From the IMG/VR virus record IMGVR_UViG_646206259_000006: 17,564 nucleotides of DNA, one strand, 5' to 3'. The stretch is from a virus. Its lineage: Duplodnaviria; Heunggongvirae; Uroviricota; Caudoviricetes. This document shows, piece after piece, positions 16,554-17,564 of this stretch. Position numbers and translations under genes: made by a program. A model generated the notes under the pieces. The model saw nothing but the letters and a program-made list of their open reading frames with translations. It was not told where the DNA came from and searched no databases. Numbering within the stretch: the first letter of the stretch is position 1; the number at the start of each line of letters is the position of its first letter.

Positions 16554-16586
16554 AATGCCGCCCACTCAAACAGAGCGGCATTTTTC
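16554..16586 (+). terminator. Rho-independent terminator (8-bp stem AATGCCGC/GCGGCATT, 13-nt loop, T5 run)
   Basis: Direct reading of 16554-16586. Confidence 0.5.
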
Positions 16587-16675
16587 CTCCCCGCAACATT
16601 CAATTCTGTTTTGCGTGCCTGCTCCAGATTTTGCGATGTTTTTTTGCCCAGCGCAGTGAGAACGTGAGATACTCA

Positions 16676-16696
16676 CAACTGTATATAAACACAGTT
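16676..16696. promoter_or_regulatory. LexA (SOS) box-like palindrome AACTG-N11-CAGTT upstream of dinD
   Basis: AACTGGTATATAAACACAGTT read directly. Canonical LexA boxes are CTG-N10-CAG, and this site is one base longer between the CTG and CAG half-sites. Confidence 0.5.
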
Positions 16697-16739
16697 GTAA
16701 ACTTACTTTCCTTGCAATCGATATCATATGGAGTGGGCA

Positions 16740-17564
16740 ATGAACGAACATCATCAACCTTTTGAAGAAATACGGCATTATGGCACTGAAGGGCAAGAAT
16801 TTTGGTCAGCGAGAGAATTGGCACCGTTACTGGATTATCGGGACTGGCGCAATTTTCAAAAGGTACTGGCCCGCGCGACTCAAGCGTGCGAAGCCAGCAA
16901 TCAAGCTGCATCTGACCATTTCGTTGAAACCACCAAAATGGTTGTATTAGGTTCAGGGGCTCAACGAGAACTTGAAGATGTTCATCTCTCCCGCTATGCC
17001 TGTTACCTGGTAGTACAAAACGGCGACCCTGCGAAACCGGTTATTGCGGCAGGGCAAACTTATTTTGCTATCCAGACCCGACGGCAGGAGCTGGCTGACG
17101 ATGAAGCTTTCAGGCAACTTCGTGAAGACGAAAAGCGTCTTTTTCTGAGAAATGAGTTGAAAGAACATAACAAACAATTAGTTGAGGCAGCGCAGCAAGC
17201 TGGGGTAGCGACAGCTATCGATTTCGCCATATTTCAGAATCATGGTTACCGGGGACTGTATGGTGGATTAGATCAGAAAGCCATCCATCAGCGGAAGGGG
17301 CTGAAAAAGAGTCAGAAGATCCTGGATCATATGGGTTCAACAGAACTGGCGGCTAATCTCTTTCGAGCTACCCAAACAGAAGAAAAACTCAAGCGGGATG
17401 GCGTGAATTCAAAACAGCAAGCTAATACCACACACTTTGACGTGGGTCGCAAGGTGAGGCAAACCATTCAGGAACTTGGCGGAACCATGCCTGAGGAGTT
17501 GCCGACCCCGCAGGTCAGCATCAAGCAGTTGGAAAACAGTGTAAAAATTACAGAGAAGAAATAG
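16740..17564 (+). CDS. dinD: DNA-damage-inducible protein D (274 aa); alternative upstream ATG at 16728
   Basis: Protein beginning MNEHHQPFEEIRHYGTEGQEFWSARELAPLLDYRDW matches the E. coli DinD sequence as remembered. SOS-box-like palindrome about 45 bp upstream. Stop codon is the last triplet of the window. Confidence 0.75.
   Translation: MNEHHQPFEEIRHYGTEGQEFWSARELAPLLDYRDWRNFQKVLARATQACEASNQAASDHFVETTKMVVLGSGAQRELEDVHLSRYACYLVVQNGDPAKPVIAAGQTYFAIQTRRQELADDEAFRQLREDEKRLFLRNELKEHNKQLVEAAQQAGVATAIDFAIFQNHGYRGLYGGLDQKAIHQRKGLKKSQKILDHMGSTELAANLFRATQTEEKLKRDGVNSKQQANTTHFDVGRKVRQTIQELGGTMPEELPTPQVSIKQLENSVKITEKK

Noticed and set aside
16485-17177. Short ORFs on both strands around the dinD promoter and 5' region (16485-16667, 16566-16796, 16600-16911, 16762-16950, 16953-17177)
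   Set aside because: They overlap the terminator/SOS-box region or lie out of frame or antisense within dinD. No independent support.
1-17564. Integrase or recombinase catalytic gene defining the island boundary
   Set aside because: No ORF in the window shows a tyrosine- or serine-recombinase catalytic domain. The 147-aa protein carries only a recombinase-type DNA-binding segment. The integrase, if present, lies outside the window.

Overview
The window looks like the interior and right end of a P4/PICI-type phage satellite or related integrative island in an enterobacterial (probably Escherichia) chromosome, ending at the SOS gene dinD. No integrase, tRNA or CRISPR array is visible. From left to right: (1) a plus-strand early/regulatory operon with an AlpA-family regulator, an antirepressor-like protein and a chain of small translationally coupled ORFs; (2) a large P4-alpha-like primase-helicase followed by two clusters of GGTACAGG/CCTGTACC iterons about 1 kb apart, resembling a P4 ori/crr pair; (3) a visibly AT-richer cargo region (about 9.1-15.1 kb) holding the best candidates for an undescribed system; (4) a divergent regulator pair (RHH/recombinase-like protein and PerC-like protein) separated by phased TGTTGGTTCA iterons; (5) a palindrome-rich non-coding stretch and dinD. 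The two strongest candidates are an insulated operon of one small and two large low-complexity proteins with a convergent 4-TM membrane protein downstream (9217-13284), and an ImmA/IrrE-type metallopeptidase coupled to a small membrane protein (14166-15029). All functional calls rest on motifs read by eye and remembered family features; no database search was run.
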